A DNA stretch of 64,000 nucleotides from an uncultured Trueperaceae bacterium (lineage in GTDB: Bacteria > Deinococcota > Deinococci > Deinococcales > Trueperaceae). The notes beneath the pieces were generated by a model, which saw only the letters and a program-made list of their open reading frames with translations, ran no database searches and was not told the DNA's origin. Below, piece after piece: positions 1-8,978 of this stretch. A program made the position numbers and the translations under genes. The stretch's first letter is position 1. Each line of letters opens with the position of its first letter. Location: NCBI GenBank assembly GCA_963815215.1, contig CAWFFU010000003.1, positions 224,001 through 288,000 on the forward strand, in the 5' to 3' direction.

Positions 1-254
1 TGGTTGTACACGGCCACCGCCAGGGCACGCTTGGCGCCCTCCTGTTCGATGACGTACTGGTCGAGATGAGCCTTGAGCTCGCGAGGCGGCGGCAGCGTGA
101 GCTTGGGGAGCTTGCGCTGATCGGACCCGGCCAGCACCTCAGTGACGCGCGCGGCGCAATCGTTGCAGATATGGGCGCCGCCGTTGGCCGCCGAAACCAG
201 CTCGCGGACCTCGGCCTGGGTGCGGCCGCAGAAGCTGCAGCGGGCCTGGGCCAC
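1..254 (-). CDS. clpX: ATP-dependent Clp protease ATP-binding subunit ClpX (N-terminal part, runs off window)
   Basis: Not in ORF track. GTG at 254 gives MAQARCSFCGRTQAEVRELVSAANGGAHICNDC...LDQYVIEQEGAKRALAVAVYN, the ClpX C4 zinc finger and downstream motif; directly after clpP. Confidence 0.95.
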   Translation of the reverse strand, partial: MAQARCSFCGRTQAEVRELVSAANGGAHICNDCAARVTEVLAGSDQRKLPKLTLPPPRELKAHLDQYVIEQEGAKRALAVAVYN

Positions 255-256
255 GT

Positions 257-874
257 TCAGTCCGCCTTGTCCGAGCCGAAGCGACCGAGGTGGCGCGGCT
301 CCACGACCCGATCGATCAGGCCGTACGTCACCGCCTCGTCGGGCGCCATGAACTTGTCGCGCTCCATGTCCTGGCGGAGCCTCTCGCGCGCGTGTCCGGT
401 GTGCTGCTGGTAGATGGACTCGAGCGTGTCGCGGATGTCCATGAACTCGCGGGCCTGGACCTCGAGGTCGGGCAGACTCGAGCGCGGGAAGCCCGCCGAA
501 CCGGCGTGGATCATGATGCGGCTGTGCGGCAGCGCCACCCGGTGGTCGCGTTCTCCCGCCATCAAGATGACCGAGCCCATCGACATCGCGATCCCGACGC
601 AGTTGGTATGCACCGGCGCCGAGATGTACTGCATCACGTCGTAGATGGCCAGGCCGGCGTATACCTCGCCGCCCGGCGTGTTGATGAACATGTTGATAGG
701 CTGCTCGCTCGACTGGGAGTCCAGCAATAGGAGCTGCGCCGTGATCACGTTGGCGGTTTCGGAGTCGATGGCGGAGCCCAGGAAGATGATGCGCTCCTTG
801 AGCAAGCGGCTGTAGACGTCGTACGTCCGCTCACCGCGGCCGGTCTGTTCGATCACGTAGGGGACGAGCGGCAT
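257..874 (-). CDS. clpP: ATP-dependent Clp protease proteolytic subunit
   Basis: PYVIEQTGRGERTYDVYSRLLKERIIFLG, INTPGG, AMSMGS (catalytic Ser), IMIH; tig-clpP-clpX synteny. Confidence 0.97.
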   Translation of the reverse strand: MPLVPYVIEQTGRGERTYDVYSRLLKERIIFLGSAIDSETANVITAQLLLLDSQSSEQPINMFINTPGGEVYAGLAIYDVMQYISAPVHTNCVGIAMSMGSVILMAGERDHRVALPHSRIMIHAGSAGFPRSSLPDLEVQAREFMDIRDTLESIYQQHTGHARERLRQDMERDKFMAPDEAVTYGLIDRVVEPRHLGRFGSDKAD

Positions 875-1076
875 ACGACCTTCAGCATAGCATCGCGCAG
901 TGGCGCTGTCGGGCTCGGGGCGGACCCTTCGGGGACGGGCACCTGGGACGGGTGGCGCCCACCCGTCCCAGGTAGGACCGCGGTCGTCACGAGCCCGGCG
1001 TCACGACCGCCCGGCGCCCGGCCCCCGGGGGGGAGCAGGATGCCGGCGTTTCGACGCCGTAGCTGTGAGTCAGCCG

Positions 1077-2582
1077 CTACGACTCCGTCGTGCGCGGCGT
1101 GTCGGCGCCACCGTCCTCGGCTTCCTCGGGGTCGTGCGCATGGTCGTGCACGTGTCCTTCGTGGTCGTGTCCTTCGTGCACGTGTCCTTCGTGATCATGT
1201 CCGTCGTGTCCTTCGTCCTCGTCGTCCTCGTCGTCGGTCGCGCCCGCCGCCGCCGACTCGTAGGCGGCCTCGGCCGCGTCGGCGTCTTCGATCGCGCCGA
1301 CGCCCGTGAGTTCGCGGACGGTCTCGCGCAGGGCCTTGTCACGCGCCAGCAGGAAGCGATAGTTCGTCAGCCAGCGCTCGCCCATCTCGCGCTTGAAGCG
1401 GCCCGCTTCCTGTTGCCGCCGTCGCGCCATGTAGCGCACGGCGTCCTCGAGCTCGTCGTCGTCGACCTCGGTGCCGCGCATCTCCTGCAGGCGCTCGAGC
1501 ACCAGATCGCGGCGCACGCCTTGCTCGGCCGCCTGCTGGAGCTCGGCTTCGAACGCTTCGCGCCCCTCCCGGGCTTCGAGATCGGCGAGGTAGCGCTCGA
1601 GTGTCGTGCCCTGCTGCTGGAGGTCGTCGGCCAGGTCCTGCAGGAGGCTCCGCTGGCGGCGCTGCAGCAGGCTGGCTGGCACCTCGAATTCGGTGCCGGC
1701 GACGAGCTTGTCCAGCAGCTCCTCGCGTTGCTGGTCGAACGCGTCGCGCGCGAGCTGGCTCTTCAGGCTGGTCTCGATCTGCTCCCGCGCCTCGGCCCAC
1801 GACTCGAACCCGAGCGTCTTGCCGAAGTCGTCATCGACCTCGGGCTTCTCCTTGCCCTTGACGTCCTTGACGATCACGCGCAGGTTGCGCTTGACGGGCT
1901 CGGCGCCCTCCTCCGTGGCCCCCGCGTCATCGATGAGCTCGAGGTCGATGATGTCGCCCATGCTCGTGCCGATGAGCTGCTGGCGGATCGACTCGGATGC
2001 GGACTCCATGTCCACCGGCTGCACCGAGCCGGTGCCGTGCGGCGGCTCGTCACCGTCGGCCTCGGCCGCCGGCGGCAGCGACTCGAGCAGCACGTAGTCG
2101 CTGCCTTCGACCGAGCGCTCCACCGGCACCAGGGTGGCGTTCTGGTTGCGGAGTTGCTCGATGGTGTCGCCCACCATCGCTTCGCTGAGCTCACCGGGCG
2201 CGGCGTCGATGACGATCTCGGAGAGATCGGGCAGGGTCAGCTCGGGGTAGAGCTCAGCGTGCACCTCGAAGGTGAACGGCTCGCCCTCCTTGGGGGCTTC
2301 GGCGTGGAAGTGGGCGTGCACCGGCGTGAGGTCGAGCTCACGCACGGCGTCGGGATAGTTGGCATCGACCAGCGTCTCCTGGACCTCTTCCTCCAGCGTC
2401 TCGCGCCCGATGCGACGCTCCAGCACCCCACGCGGCGCCCGCCCGGGACGGAAGCCCGGCACCTTCATCTGGCGCGACAGCGTGCTCAGTACGCGCTCGA
2501 AAGCGGCGTCCACGTCACCTGCCGGGACCGTGACCTTGAACGTGGCGTTGATCGCCTGCTTCTCGATGAGCTCTGTTTCCAT
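1077..2582 (-). CDS. tig: Trigger factor with acidic/His-rich C-terminal extension
   Basis: VPGFRPGRAP ribosome-binding signature; SD AGGAG upstream; upstream of clpP. Confidence 0.95.
   Translation of the reverse strand: METELIEKQAINATFKVTVPAGDVDAAFERVLSTLSRQMKVPGFRPGRAPRGVLERRIGRETLEEEVQETLVDANYPDAVRELDLTPVHAHFHAEAPKEGEPFTFEVHAELYPELTLPDLSEIVIDAAPGELSEAMVGDTIEQLRNQNATLVPVERSVEGSDYVLLESLPPAAEADGDEPPHGTGSVQPVDMESASESIRQQLIGTSMGDIIDLELIDDAGATEEGAEPVKRNLRVIVKDVKGKEKPEVDDDFGKTLGFESWAEAREQIETSLKSQLARDAFDQQREELLDKLVAGTEFEVPASLLQRRQRSLLQDLADDLQQQGTTLERYLADLEAREGREAFEAELQQAAEQGVRRDLVLERLQEMRGTEVDDDELEDAVRYMARRRQQEAGRFKREMGERWLTNYRFLLARDKALRETVRELTGVGAIEDADAAEAAYESAAAGATDDEDDEDEGHDGHDHEGHVHEGHDHEGHVHDHAHDPEEAEDGGADTPRTTES
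1141..1235 (-). repeat. Coding tandem repeat (15-nt period) encoding the His/Asp/Glu-rich tail of trigger factor
   Basis: gtgtccttc at 1152, 1167, 1182 and 1206; encodes DDEDDEDEGHDGHDHEGHVHEGHDHEGHVHDH. Confidence 0.85.
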
Positions 2583-2688
2583 GGATCTCCTAGCCTTTCC
2601 ACGTCGCGCGGACGCCCGCGTGGGACGGGCTCGGGTCCGGCAAGGCGGCGACGCGCGCTCGCTGCTGAGCGAGCGCCTTCAAAGAGAG

Positions 2689-2711
2689 CGGCAAGCCCCA
2701 GGGGCTTGCCG
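2689..2711 (-). terminator. GC-rich hairpin just downstream of tRNA-Leu (terminator or processing stem)
   Basis: CGGCAAGCCCC-A-GGGGCTTGCCG perfect inverted repeat followed by CTCTCTTT on the - strand. Confidence 0.55.
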
Positions 2712-2714
2712 TCC

Positions 2715-2798
2715 TGGTGCGAGGAGCGGGACTTGAACCCGCACGGCTAGGCCACTAGATCCTAAATCTAGCGCGTCTACCAATTCCGCCATCCTCGC
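2715..2798 (-). tRNA. tRNA-Leu(TAG)
   Basis: GCGAGGATGGCGGAATTGGTAGACGCG-CTAGA-TTTAGGA-TCTAG, long variable arm, GTTCAAGTCCCG, encoded CCA. Confidence 0.97.
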
Positions 2799-2917
2799 GC
2801 GAGGCGCCCCGAAGGGCTGCTGGCGCAGCGCGATTTCCATCACGCCACGAAGAGGGGCCGCGTCGCGGCCCCTCCCGGGCGTCGGGACCGGTCCGGGAAG
2901 GACCGCGCCCCGCTGGG

Positions 2918-2995
2918 TGGGGTGGATGATGGGATTTGAACCCACGACCCTCGGAACCACAATCCGATGCTCTAACCGACTGAGCTACATCCACC
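2918..2995 (-). tRNA. tRNA-His(GTG)
   Basis: GGTGGATGTAGCTCAGTCGGTTAGAGCA-TCGGA-TTGTGGT-TCCGA...GTTCAAATCCC...CACCCCA; G-1 and C73 typical of tRNA-His. Confidence 0.97.
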
Positions 2996-3010
2996 AAGCT
3001 CGCGTCCATA

Positions 3011-3019
3011 AGTCTATCA
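3011..3019 (-). promoter_or_regulatory. Extended -10 promoter for tRNA-His/tRNA-Leu
   Basis: TGaTAGACT about 15 nt upstream of tRNA-His. Confidence 0.55.
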
Positions 3020-3128
3020 GACCAACCCGGCGCGTGGGAACTCCGGCGACGATGCTGCGAGCTTCCTCCCGTCGTCCGCCCCGGTGCGTTTCCCACGCCC
3101 GGGACCTCGGAGCTCGGAGCCGAGCGCG

Positions 3129-4538
3129 TCAGGCAGGTTTCGAGACGGGCTCAGAGGGGGAAGCGGGGAGCCGGATCTCGAAGCAGGTGCGTCCGGGAGC
3201 CGACTCGACGTGGACGCTCCCCTCGTGGTCCCGCACGATGCGTTGAACGATGTCCAGCCCCAGACCGGTCCCTTCCCCGACCTCCTTGGTGGTGAAGAAG
3301 GGCTCGAAGGCGCGTCGCTGGACCTCGGGCGGCATGCCGGGACCGTTGTCGACGACCTGGACGATCGCTTCGCCGTCGGAGTGGGACGTCGCGACCAGGA
3401 TCACCCCGCCCGGCGGGAGGACGTCGACGGCGTTGTCGATGAGGTTCATCCACACCTGATTGAGCTCGCCGGGGTTCCCCCTCACCCGGGGAAGCAAAGG
3501 ATCGAGATCGGTCTTGACGCCGATCTCCTTGCTGCGCAGCTCGTGCGCCAGCATGGCGAGCGTGGAGCGGATCCCTTCTTGGACGTCGATGGTGCTCTTC
3601 GTCGGAGCCCGGTCCATGTTCGAGTAGGCCTTGACGGAGCCGATCAGCTCGGTGATGCGGCGGGTGGCCTCGGCGACTTCGTCCAGCAGTCTCCGCGCCG
3701 CCAGGTCGGCCTCGAGCCACCGGAGCGCGGGCGGGACCATCGCTTCCGGTAGCGCCCGGATCGCCTCGTCGAGGTTCGGCTCCGTCACGCCGGCGGACAC
3801 GAGCGTCTCCGCGGCGAGCCAGGCGTCGGGGACCGACCGATGCTCGAGCCAGGCGGTGAGGGCGTCCTCCGCCTCGCTTCGTTCCAAGGGATCGAGGCCG
3901 CCACCGGTTGCGGCCGGGTCGATGGCCGCCAGCGTCAACAAGGGTACGAGTCGGTCGGGCTCCACCTGGCGCTCTAGGAGCGAGCGTGCGACGTCGCTGA
4001 GGGTCTGGAGCTGGCGCGCCAGCTCGTCGGCCCGGCGCTGGATGGCGGCGGCGGGGTTGTTGAGCTCGTGGGCGAGTCCGGCGGAGAGCTTGCCGAGACT
4101 CAGGAGCTTCTCGCGCTGATCGTCGCGGCGCGTGTACTCGCGGGAGCGGTCGACCATCACCGCCGCCAGCCGTGCCTGCAGGCCGGGGATGCGCCGCAGC
4201 ATCTCGGGGAACAGGTCCGTCGAGAAGGTGGCCAAGCGCGTAGAGATGGTGGCGCGACCCGTGAACGGCGACTGCGTGAGGCGCGAGTGCGGAAGCATGC
4301 CCGTGACGTTGCCGGCCGTTCGCACGATGACACGGTCGTCGGGCGATCCCTCCTCGCGACGCGCCCGGATCTCGCCCTCGATGATGGCGAACAGGACTGT
4401 GGCCGGGTCGCCTTCGCGGAACACGATCTCGCCGGGTTCGAGGTCCAGGTAGCGGGCATGCTCGGCGAGCCATGCGATCTGATCCGCCTCGAGATCGGCG
4501 AAGACCTCCACGCGGCGAAGCTCGTGCTCAGCCGTCAT
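3129..4538 (-). CDS. Cytoplasmic sensor histidine kinase with N-terminal cNMP-binding domain (paralog 2)
   Basis: LEPGEIVFREGDPA cNMP fold; H-box LAHELNNPA; N-box NQVWMNLIDNA; DNGPG, FEPFFTTK, GTGLGL; no TM segments. Confidence 0.93.
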   Translation of the reverse strand: MTAEHELRRVEVFADLEADQIAWLAEHARYLDLEPGEIVFREGDPATVLFAIIEGEIRARREEGSPDDRVIVRTAGNVTGMLPHSRLTQSPFTGRATISTRLATFSTDLFPEMLRRIPGLQARLAAVMVDRSREYTRRDDQREKLLSLGKLSAGLAHELNNPAAAIQRRADELARQLQTLSDVARSLLERQVEPDRLVPLLTLAAIDPAATGGGLDPLERSEAEDALTAWLEHRSVPDAWLAAETLVSAGVTEPNLDEAIRALPEAMVPPALRWLEADLAARRLLDEVAEATRRITELIGSVKAYSNMDRAPTKSTIDVQEGIRSTLAMLAHELRSKEIGVKTDLDPLLPRVRGNPGELNQVWMNLIDNAVDVLPPGGVILVATSHSDGEAIVQVVDNGPGMPPEVQRRAFEPFFTTKEVGEGTGLGLDIVQRIVRDHEGSVHVESAPGRTCFEIRLPASPSEPVSKPA

Positions 4539-5938
4539 GGCGCCGCCGCGGCATCCACGGGTGGGAGCCGGATCTCGAAGCTGGTGCGTCCCGGTTCCGA
4601 CTCCACGGCCACGTCGCCCATGTGCCGCTCCACGATGCGGCGCACCACGTCGAGCCCCAGGCCGGTGCCCTCACCGACGTCCTTGGTGGTGTAGAAGGGC
4701 TCGAAGATCCGTGCTTTGATCTCGTCGGGGATGCCGGGCCCGTCGTCGAGGATCGCGATCACGGCACGTCCAGCCGCCCGCGAGGTGCGGACGGTGATCT
4801 CGCCGCCCTCGTCGATGGCGTCGATGGCGTTGTCCAGGAGGTTCGTCCATACCTGGTTGAGCTCCGCCGGATTGCCGGCCACGCGCGGCGTGTCGGCAGC
4901 GAAGTCGGTTCGGAGCACGGCGTTCTTGCTGCGGAGTCTGTGGCTCAGCATGGTGAGGGTCGACCGGATCCCCTCGTGCAGGTCGATCTCCTGACTGCGT
5001 GGAGCTCGGTCCATGTTGGAGTAGGCCTTGACCGCGGCGATGAGCTCGACGATCCGGCCCGTGGCGTCGGCGATGTCGGCCACCAGGCGCCGGAGCGCTA
5101 GGTCCGCCGTCAGCCACTCCAGGCTTGCGCCGACGGTGTCGTCGGGTACGCCGTCGGTCAGTTGCTCCAGGTCGGCCGTCGAGAGTCCGGCGCCGACCAG
5201 TGTCTCGGCCACCGCCCATGGGTCCGGCAGGCCGCGGGTTTCGAGCCAGCGCGTCAGCGCTTCTTCGGCGTCGCTTCGCTCGAGCGCGTCGAGGATGGGA
5301 GCCGGCCCACCGGTCGACGGGGCCCCGGCGATGACCCGAACACGTTCCGTGAGCGCCTCGGCAGCGCCCGGCGCGAGTCCGCGGAGTGCCATGGCGCTGA
5401 GCTCGTCGATGCGCCGCGCCAGCGTCCCGGTTCGCTGCTGGATGGCCGCGGCGGGGTTGTTCAGCTCGTGCGCCAGGCCAGCCGACAGCCTGCCGAGGCT
5501 CATCAGCTTCTCGCGTTGTTCGCCGTGGCGGGTGAACTCCCGCGAACGGTCGATCACGATCGATGCCAATCGCACGTGCAGCACAGGCATGCGTTCCAGC
5601 ATGGCGGGGAAGATCGCCTTCGGGAAGTTCGCGGTGCGCGTGCGGACCACCGCCCGCAACGTCACTGGCGTGTGCGTCATCCGTGAATGCGGCATCAGAC
5701 CGGTGATGTCACCGCCCCGTCCGACGATCACCAGCCCGTCGGACGGTTCCTTCTCTTTCCGCCAGGTGATCTCGCCTTCGATGAGGGCGATCATCTCCAC
5801 GGTGGCGTCGCCTTCCACCATCAGTGCATCACCGGGCTCGAAGGTCCGGATCTCGGCTCGCTCTGCGAGCCACTGCAGGTCGTCGTCCGCCAGGTCGGCG
5901 AAGGCGGTGACCTTCCGGAGCTCCTGCGGGTCGATCAC
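4535..5938 (-). CDS. Cytoplasmic sensor histidine kinase with N-terminal cNMP-binding domain (paralog 1)
   Basis: Same architecture (LAHELNNPA, NQVWTNLLDNA, DDGPG, GTGLGL); 4-nt overlaps with both neighbours. Confidence 0.93.
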   Translation of the reverse strand: MIDPQELRKVTAFADLADDDLQWLAERAEIRTFEPGDALMVEGDATVEMIALIEGEITWRKEKEPSDGLVIVGRGGDITGLMPHSRMTHTPVTLRAVVRTRTANFPKAIFPAMLERMPVLHVRLASIVIDRSREFTRHGEQREKLMSLGRLSAGLAHELNNPAAAIQQRTGTLARRIDELSAMALRGLAPGAAEALTERVRVIAGAPSTGGPAPILDALERSDAEEALTRWLETRGLPDPWAVAETLVGAGLSTADLEQLTDGVPDDTVGASLEWLTADLALRRLVADIADATGRIVELIAAVKAYSNMDRAPRSQEIDLHEGIRSTLTMLSHRLRSKNAVLRTDFAADTPRVAGNPAELNQVWTNLLDNAIDAIDEGGEITVRTSRAAGRAVIAILDDGPGIPDEIKARIFEPFYTTKDVGEGTGLGLDVVRRIVERHMGDVAVESEPGRTSFEIRLPPVDAAAAP

Positions 5939-7596
5939 AGCTCGGCCAGGTAGCGGTGGATCGACGACACCGAGACGGAGCCCTCACCCACGCCGGAGGC
6001 CACCCGCTTGACCGATCCGCTGCGTACGTCGCCGGCGGCGAAGATCCCGGGCACGCTGGTCTCGAACGGGTAGGGGTCGCGCTCCAAGGGCCAGTTCCGC
6101 AACCGTCCGTCGTCATCGACCAGGTCCGCACCGGTAAGCACGAAGCCCTTGGGGTCGCGCCGCACCAGACCGTCGAGCCACTCGGTGTGGGGCAGGGCGC
6201 CGATGAACACGAAGAGCCCGGCGGCCTCGACGACCTCGGTGGTATCGGTGGAGCCGTCTCGGATCACGAGCTGCTCGAGGTTCTTCTCGCCCCGCGCTTC
6301 CACCACCCGGGTGTTGTTGCGCACCGTGATGTTGGGCGTGGCATCGATCTGGTCGATCAGGTACTGCGACATCGACGACGCGAGGCTCTCTCCTCGGATC
6401 AGGATGGTGACGCTACGCGCGAAACGGGAGAAGTACATGGCTGCCTGACCGGCCGAGTTGCCTCCGCCTACCACGTACGCATCGTGTCCCTCCACGGTGG
6501 GGGCCTCGGTGGCAGCTGCTCCGTAGTAGACGCCGGTGCCGGTGAGCTCGTGCAGCCCCGGCGCCTCCAGGCGGCGGTACGACACCCCGCTGGCGATCAG
6601 AAGCACGTGGCTGAGGATCTCGCTGCCGTCGGCGAAGACGGTCCGACGGCCCGGGCCGTCGACGTGGACCGCCACCGCCTCCTGTGGAACAAGGATGTCG
6701 ACGCCGAAGCGGCGCGCCTGCGTCATGGCACGCCGCGACAGTTCACTTCCCGCGATACCCGCGGGGAAGCCCAGGTAGTTCTCGATGCGGGAGCTCTCCC
6801 CAGCCTGGCCCCCGGGGGCGTCTCGCTCTACCAGCAGCGTGTGGAGACCCTCGCTGGCGCCGTAGACGGCGGCCGCCAGGCCGGCGGGGCCGGCGCCGAT
6901 GATGACGAGGTCGTACCACTCGGCGTCGGCATGCGTCTTGAGCCCGAGGTGCTCGGCGAGGTGCGGAGCATCGGCGTTCGGCACCACCACACCGTCCGGG
7001 AACACCACGGCAGGGAGCTGGGCGTCGGACAAGCCGGCGTCGGCGAGCACGTTCTTGGCTTCCGGGACGCTCTCCACGTCCAGGAAGCGATAGGGCACCT
7101 GGTTGCGGGCCAGGAAGTTCTTCAAGTTGTGGGCGTCGCGCGTCCAGCGGTAGGCGAGCACCCGCAGGCCGTCGAAGGCCGGCCGGTAGTGGGCCTGCCA
7201 GTCGTCGAGGAAGTCGTCCAGGACCGGGAAGAGCTTCTCCTCCGGAGGGTGCCAGGGCTTGAGCAGATAGTAGTGGACATCGGCCTGGTTGATCGCTTCG
7301 ATGGCGGCGCTGGTGTCGGCGTAAGCGGTCAGAAGGATGCGCTTGGCGCGCGGGAAGATCTCGCTGGCCTGCGCCAGGAACTCCGTGCCGGTCATGTGGG
7401 GCATGCGCTGGTCGGACAGGAACAGCGCGACCTCGTCGTTGCGTAGCCGGAGCTTATGCGCCAGCTCAAGCCCGGCCGCGCCCGAGTCGGCCGCGAGCAC
7501 GCGGTACTGCTCGCCGTAGCGATGCTTCAGGTCGCTGGCGACGGCCCTGAGCACCTGCGAGTCGTCGTCGACTGCCACCAGGGTGGGTCTGGCCAT
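5935..7596 (-). CDS. Response-regulator receiver fused to glutaredoxin-like linker and thioredoxin-reductase-like FAD/NAD(P)H oxidoreductase
   Basis: Start ATG 7596 after SD GAGGAGG. REC motifs VDDD, SDQRMP, LLTAY, LKPW; FAD motif GAGPAG; IENYLGFP; GGGNSA; TSVPGIFAAGDVR. Confidence 0.92.
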   Translation of the reverse strand: MARPTLVAVDDDSQVLRAVASDLKHRYGEQYRVLAADSGAAGLELAHKLRLRNDEVALFLSDQRMPHMTGTEFLAQASEIFPRAKRILLTAYADTSAAIEAINQADVHYYLLKPWHPPEEKLFPVLDDFLDDWQAHYRPAFDGLRVLAYRWTRDAHNLKNFLARNQVPYRFLDVESVPEAKNVLADAGLSDAQLPAVVFPDGVVVPNADAPHLAEHLGLKTHADAEWYDLVIIGAGPAGLAAAVYGASEGLHTLLVERDAPGGQAGESSRIENYLGFPAGIAGSELSRRAMTQARRFGVDILVPQEAVAVHVDGPGRRTVFADGSEILSHVLLIASGVSYRRLEAPGLHELTGTGVYYGAAATEAPTVEGHDAYVVGGGNSAGQAAMYFSRFARSVTILIRGESLASSMSQYLIDQIDATPNITVRNNTRVVEARGEKNLEQLVIRDGSTDTTEVVEAAGLFVFIGALPHTEWLDGLVRRDPKGFVLTGADLVDDDGRLRNWPLERDPYPFETSVPGIFAAGDVRSGSVKRVASGVGEGSVSVSSIHRYLAEL

Positions 7597-7729
7597 GCTG
7601 GCTTGTCCTCCTCGATGCGCTCGGTTGAGGGTCATCCTAGCAGGCGGGACCGACGCGGGCGCTGCCGGTCGGGGCCCGTGCCCCGCCATCGGAGGTGGCG
7701 ACCGGTCCGGGGGAGAGCCTGCGATTCGC

Positions 7730-7765
7730 CGTCGATAACGCTCCAGTCGTCGATAACGCTCCAGT
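7730..7765. repeat. Perfect 18-bp tandem direct repeat in divergent intergenic region
   Basis: cgtcgataacgctccagt at 7730-7747 and 7748-7765. Confidence 0.85.
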
Positions 7766-7790
7766 AACGGTCGGGTCGGTAGGCTCCGGC

Positions 7791-8978
7791 ATGGTTCATG
7801 CGACAAGCCTTCTCCGAGATGCGAGGCGGCGCGGCCGTATTAGCGTCGCCTCCTGGCTCACCGCGATCGCGGTGGCCACCGCTGGTCTGGCTGGGGCGGC
7901 GACGGCGCATGCCCAGTTGCTGGGTGACGCGGCGCCGTACTATCTGTGGGCCGATGCCTGGGCAGGGACGATCCGGGGCAAGGAGGAGATCAAGCGGGTC
8001 ATGACCCTCCACGGTGTGCATGTGACGTTGGACAACACCACCTCGGCGAGCGCAACGGTGGACTTCGATCAGGCCAAGGGTCCCGGAGCGGTGACGAACT
8101 GGCATGGCCAGAACGGTATCGCCCGCGTCGTGTTCGATGGCGTGGCCACCGTTCACGCCGCGGGCGGGGTGAACCTGTCAAGCACGAGCAAGGGGCAGGG
8201 CGACGTACGACTCGACCCCACTTACAGCCGCAACGGCGTCATGATCGATGCCGGACACTGGACCTACGCGCTAGCCTTCCAGACGTGCAGTTCAGTTTAC
8301 TGCGATCAGATCCCGGTCAAGTCGAGTGTCGGCGGCCCCGGATTCGGAGCCATGGGCGCCACGTCCCCCGACGAGGAGGGTGTGCAGGATGTTGCGTTGA
8401 AGGCGCTGCCCGACCATGGCCAGGGGTTGCACGGTCACGACGCCAACGTGACCCCCGTAGGCGGCGGCACCCTGGCAACGACGCTCAACTACCAACTGAC
8501 ACCGCGGTTCGACGTCGACGCTTGGGCCGCCGCCTACCGCGCGGCGTACATCGAGGCGAGGCGGAGCCGGCTCGACACCTTCAAGAGCTATCTCGACAGC
8601 CACTGCCACGGCTTCTTGGCGACCGCATGGGACACCGTGTGCCGAGCAGGCAACCGCGAAGCGGAGGCCCTGTCCGAGGACGCGGACGTGGCGACGACCG
8701 ACTTCAAGCGCGTCGTCAGGTTGCTGATCGGCGAGAAGTGTCCGGGATTCACGCGAGACCTCAACAACGAACTCGGACGTACGACGGACGTCGTCATCGA
8801 CGGACCGATCGCGACGTACGATGCCGTGCGGAAGATCCTGATGCGTGCCGTCGTCTCGGACCGCAACGTGAGCTACACACGCCTGCCAAACTTCATGCAG
8901 ACGTGCCTCTACGACTACGACACGTTCGAGACGGTGGTGACCCTCAAGTTGCCGGGCACCTTGAACTACGGCTTCTGA
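7791..8978 (+). CDS. Hypothetical secreted protein
   Basis: Long ORF with coding-like composition; RRRGR plus hydrophobic stretch plus AHA/Q signal-peptidase site. Start uncertain. Confidence 0.7.
   Translation: MVHATSLLRDARRRGRISVASWLTAIAVATAGLAGAATAHAQLLGDAAPYYLWADAWAGTIRGKEEIKRVMTLHGVHVTLDNTTSASATVDFDQAKGPGAVTNWHGQNGIARVVFDGVATVHAAGGVNLSSTSKGQGDVRLDPTYSRNGVMIDAGHWTYALAFQTCSSVYCDQIPVKSSVGGPGFGAMGATSPDEEGVQDVALKALPDHGQGLHGHDANVTPVGGGTLATTLNYQLTPRFDVDAWAAAYRAAYIEARRSRLDTFKSYLDSHCHGFLATAWDTVCRAGNREAEALSEDADVATTDFKRVVRLLIGEKCPGFTRDLNNELGRTTDVVIDGPIATYDAVRKILMRAVVSDRNVSYTRLPNFMQTCLYDYDTFETVVTLKLPGTLNYGF

Noticed and set aside
900..2750. Long + strand ORFs antisense to real genes (also 29594-31456, 38797-40140, 41723-43993 and others)
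   Set aside because: Shadow ORFs caused by high-GC codon bias; they have no motifs and lie opposite well-supported genes.
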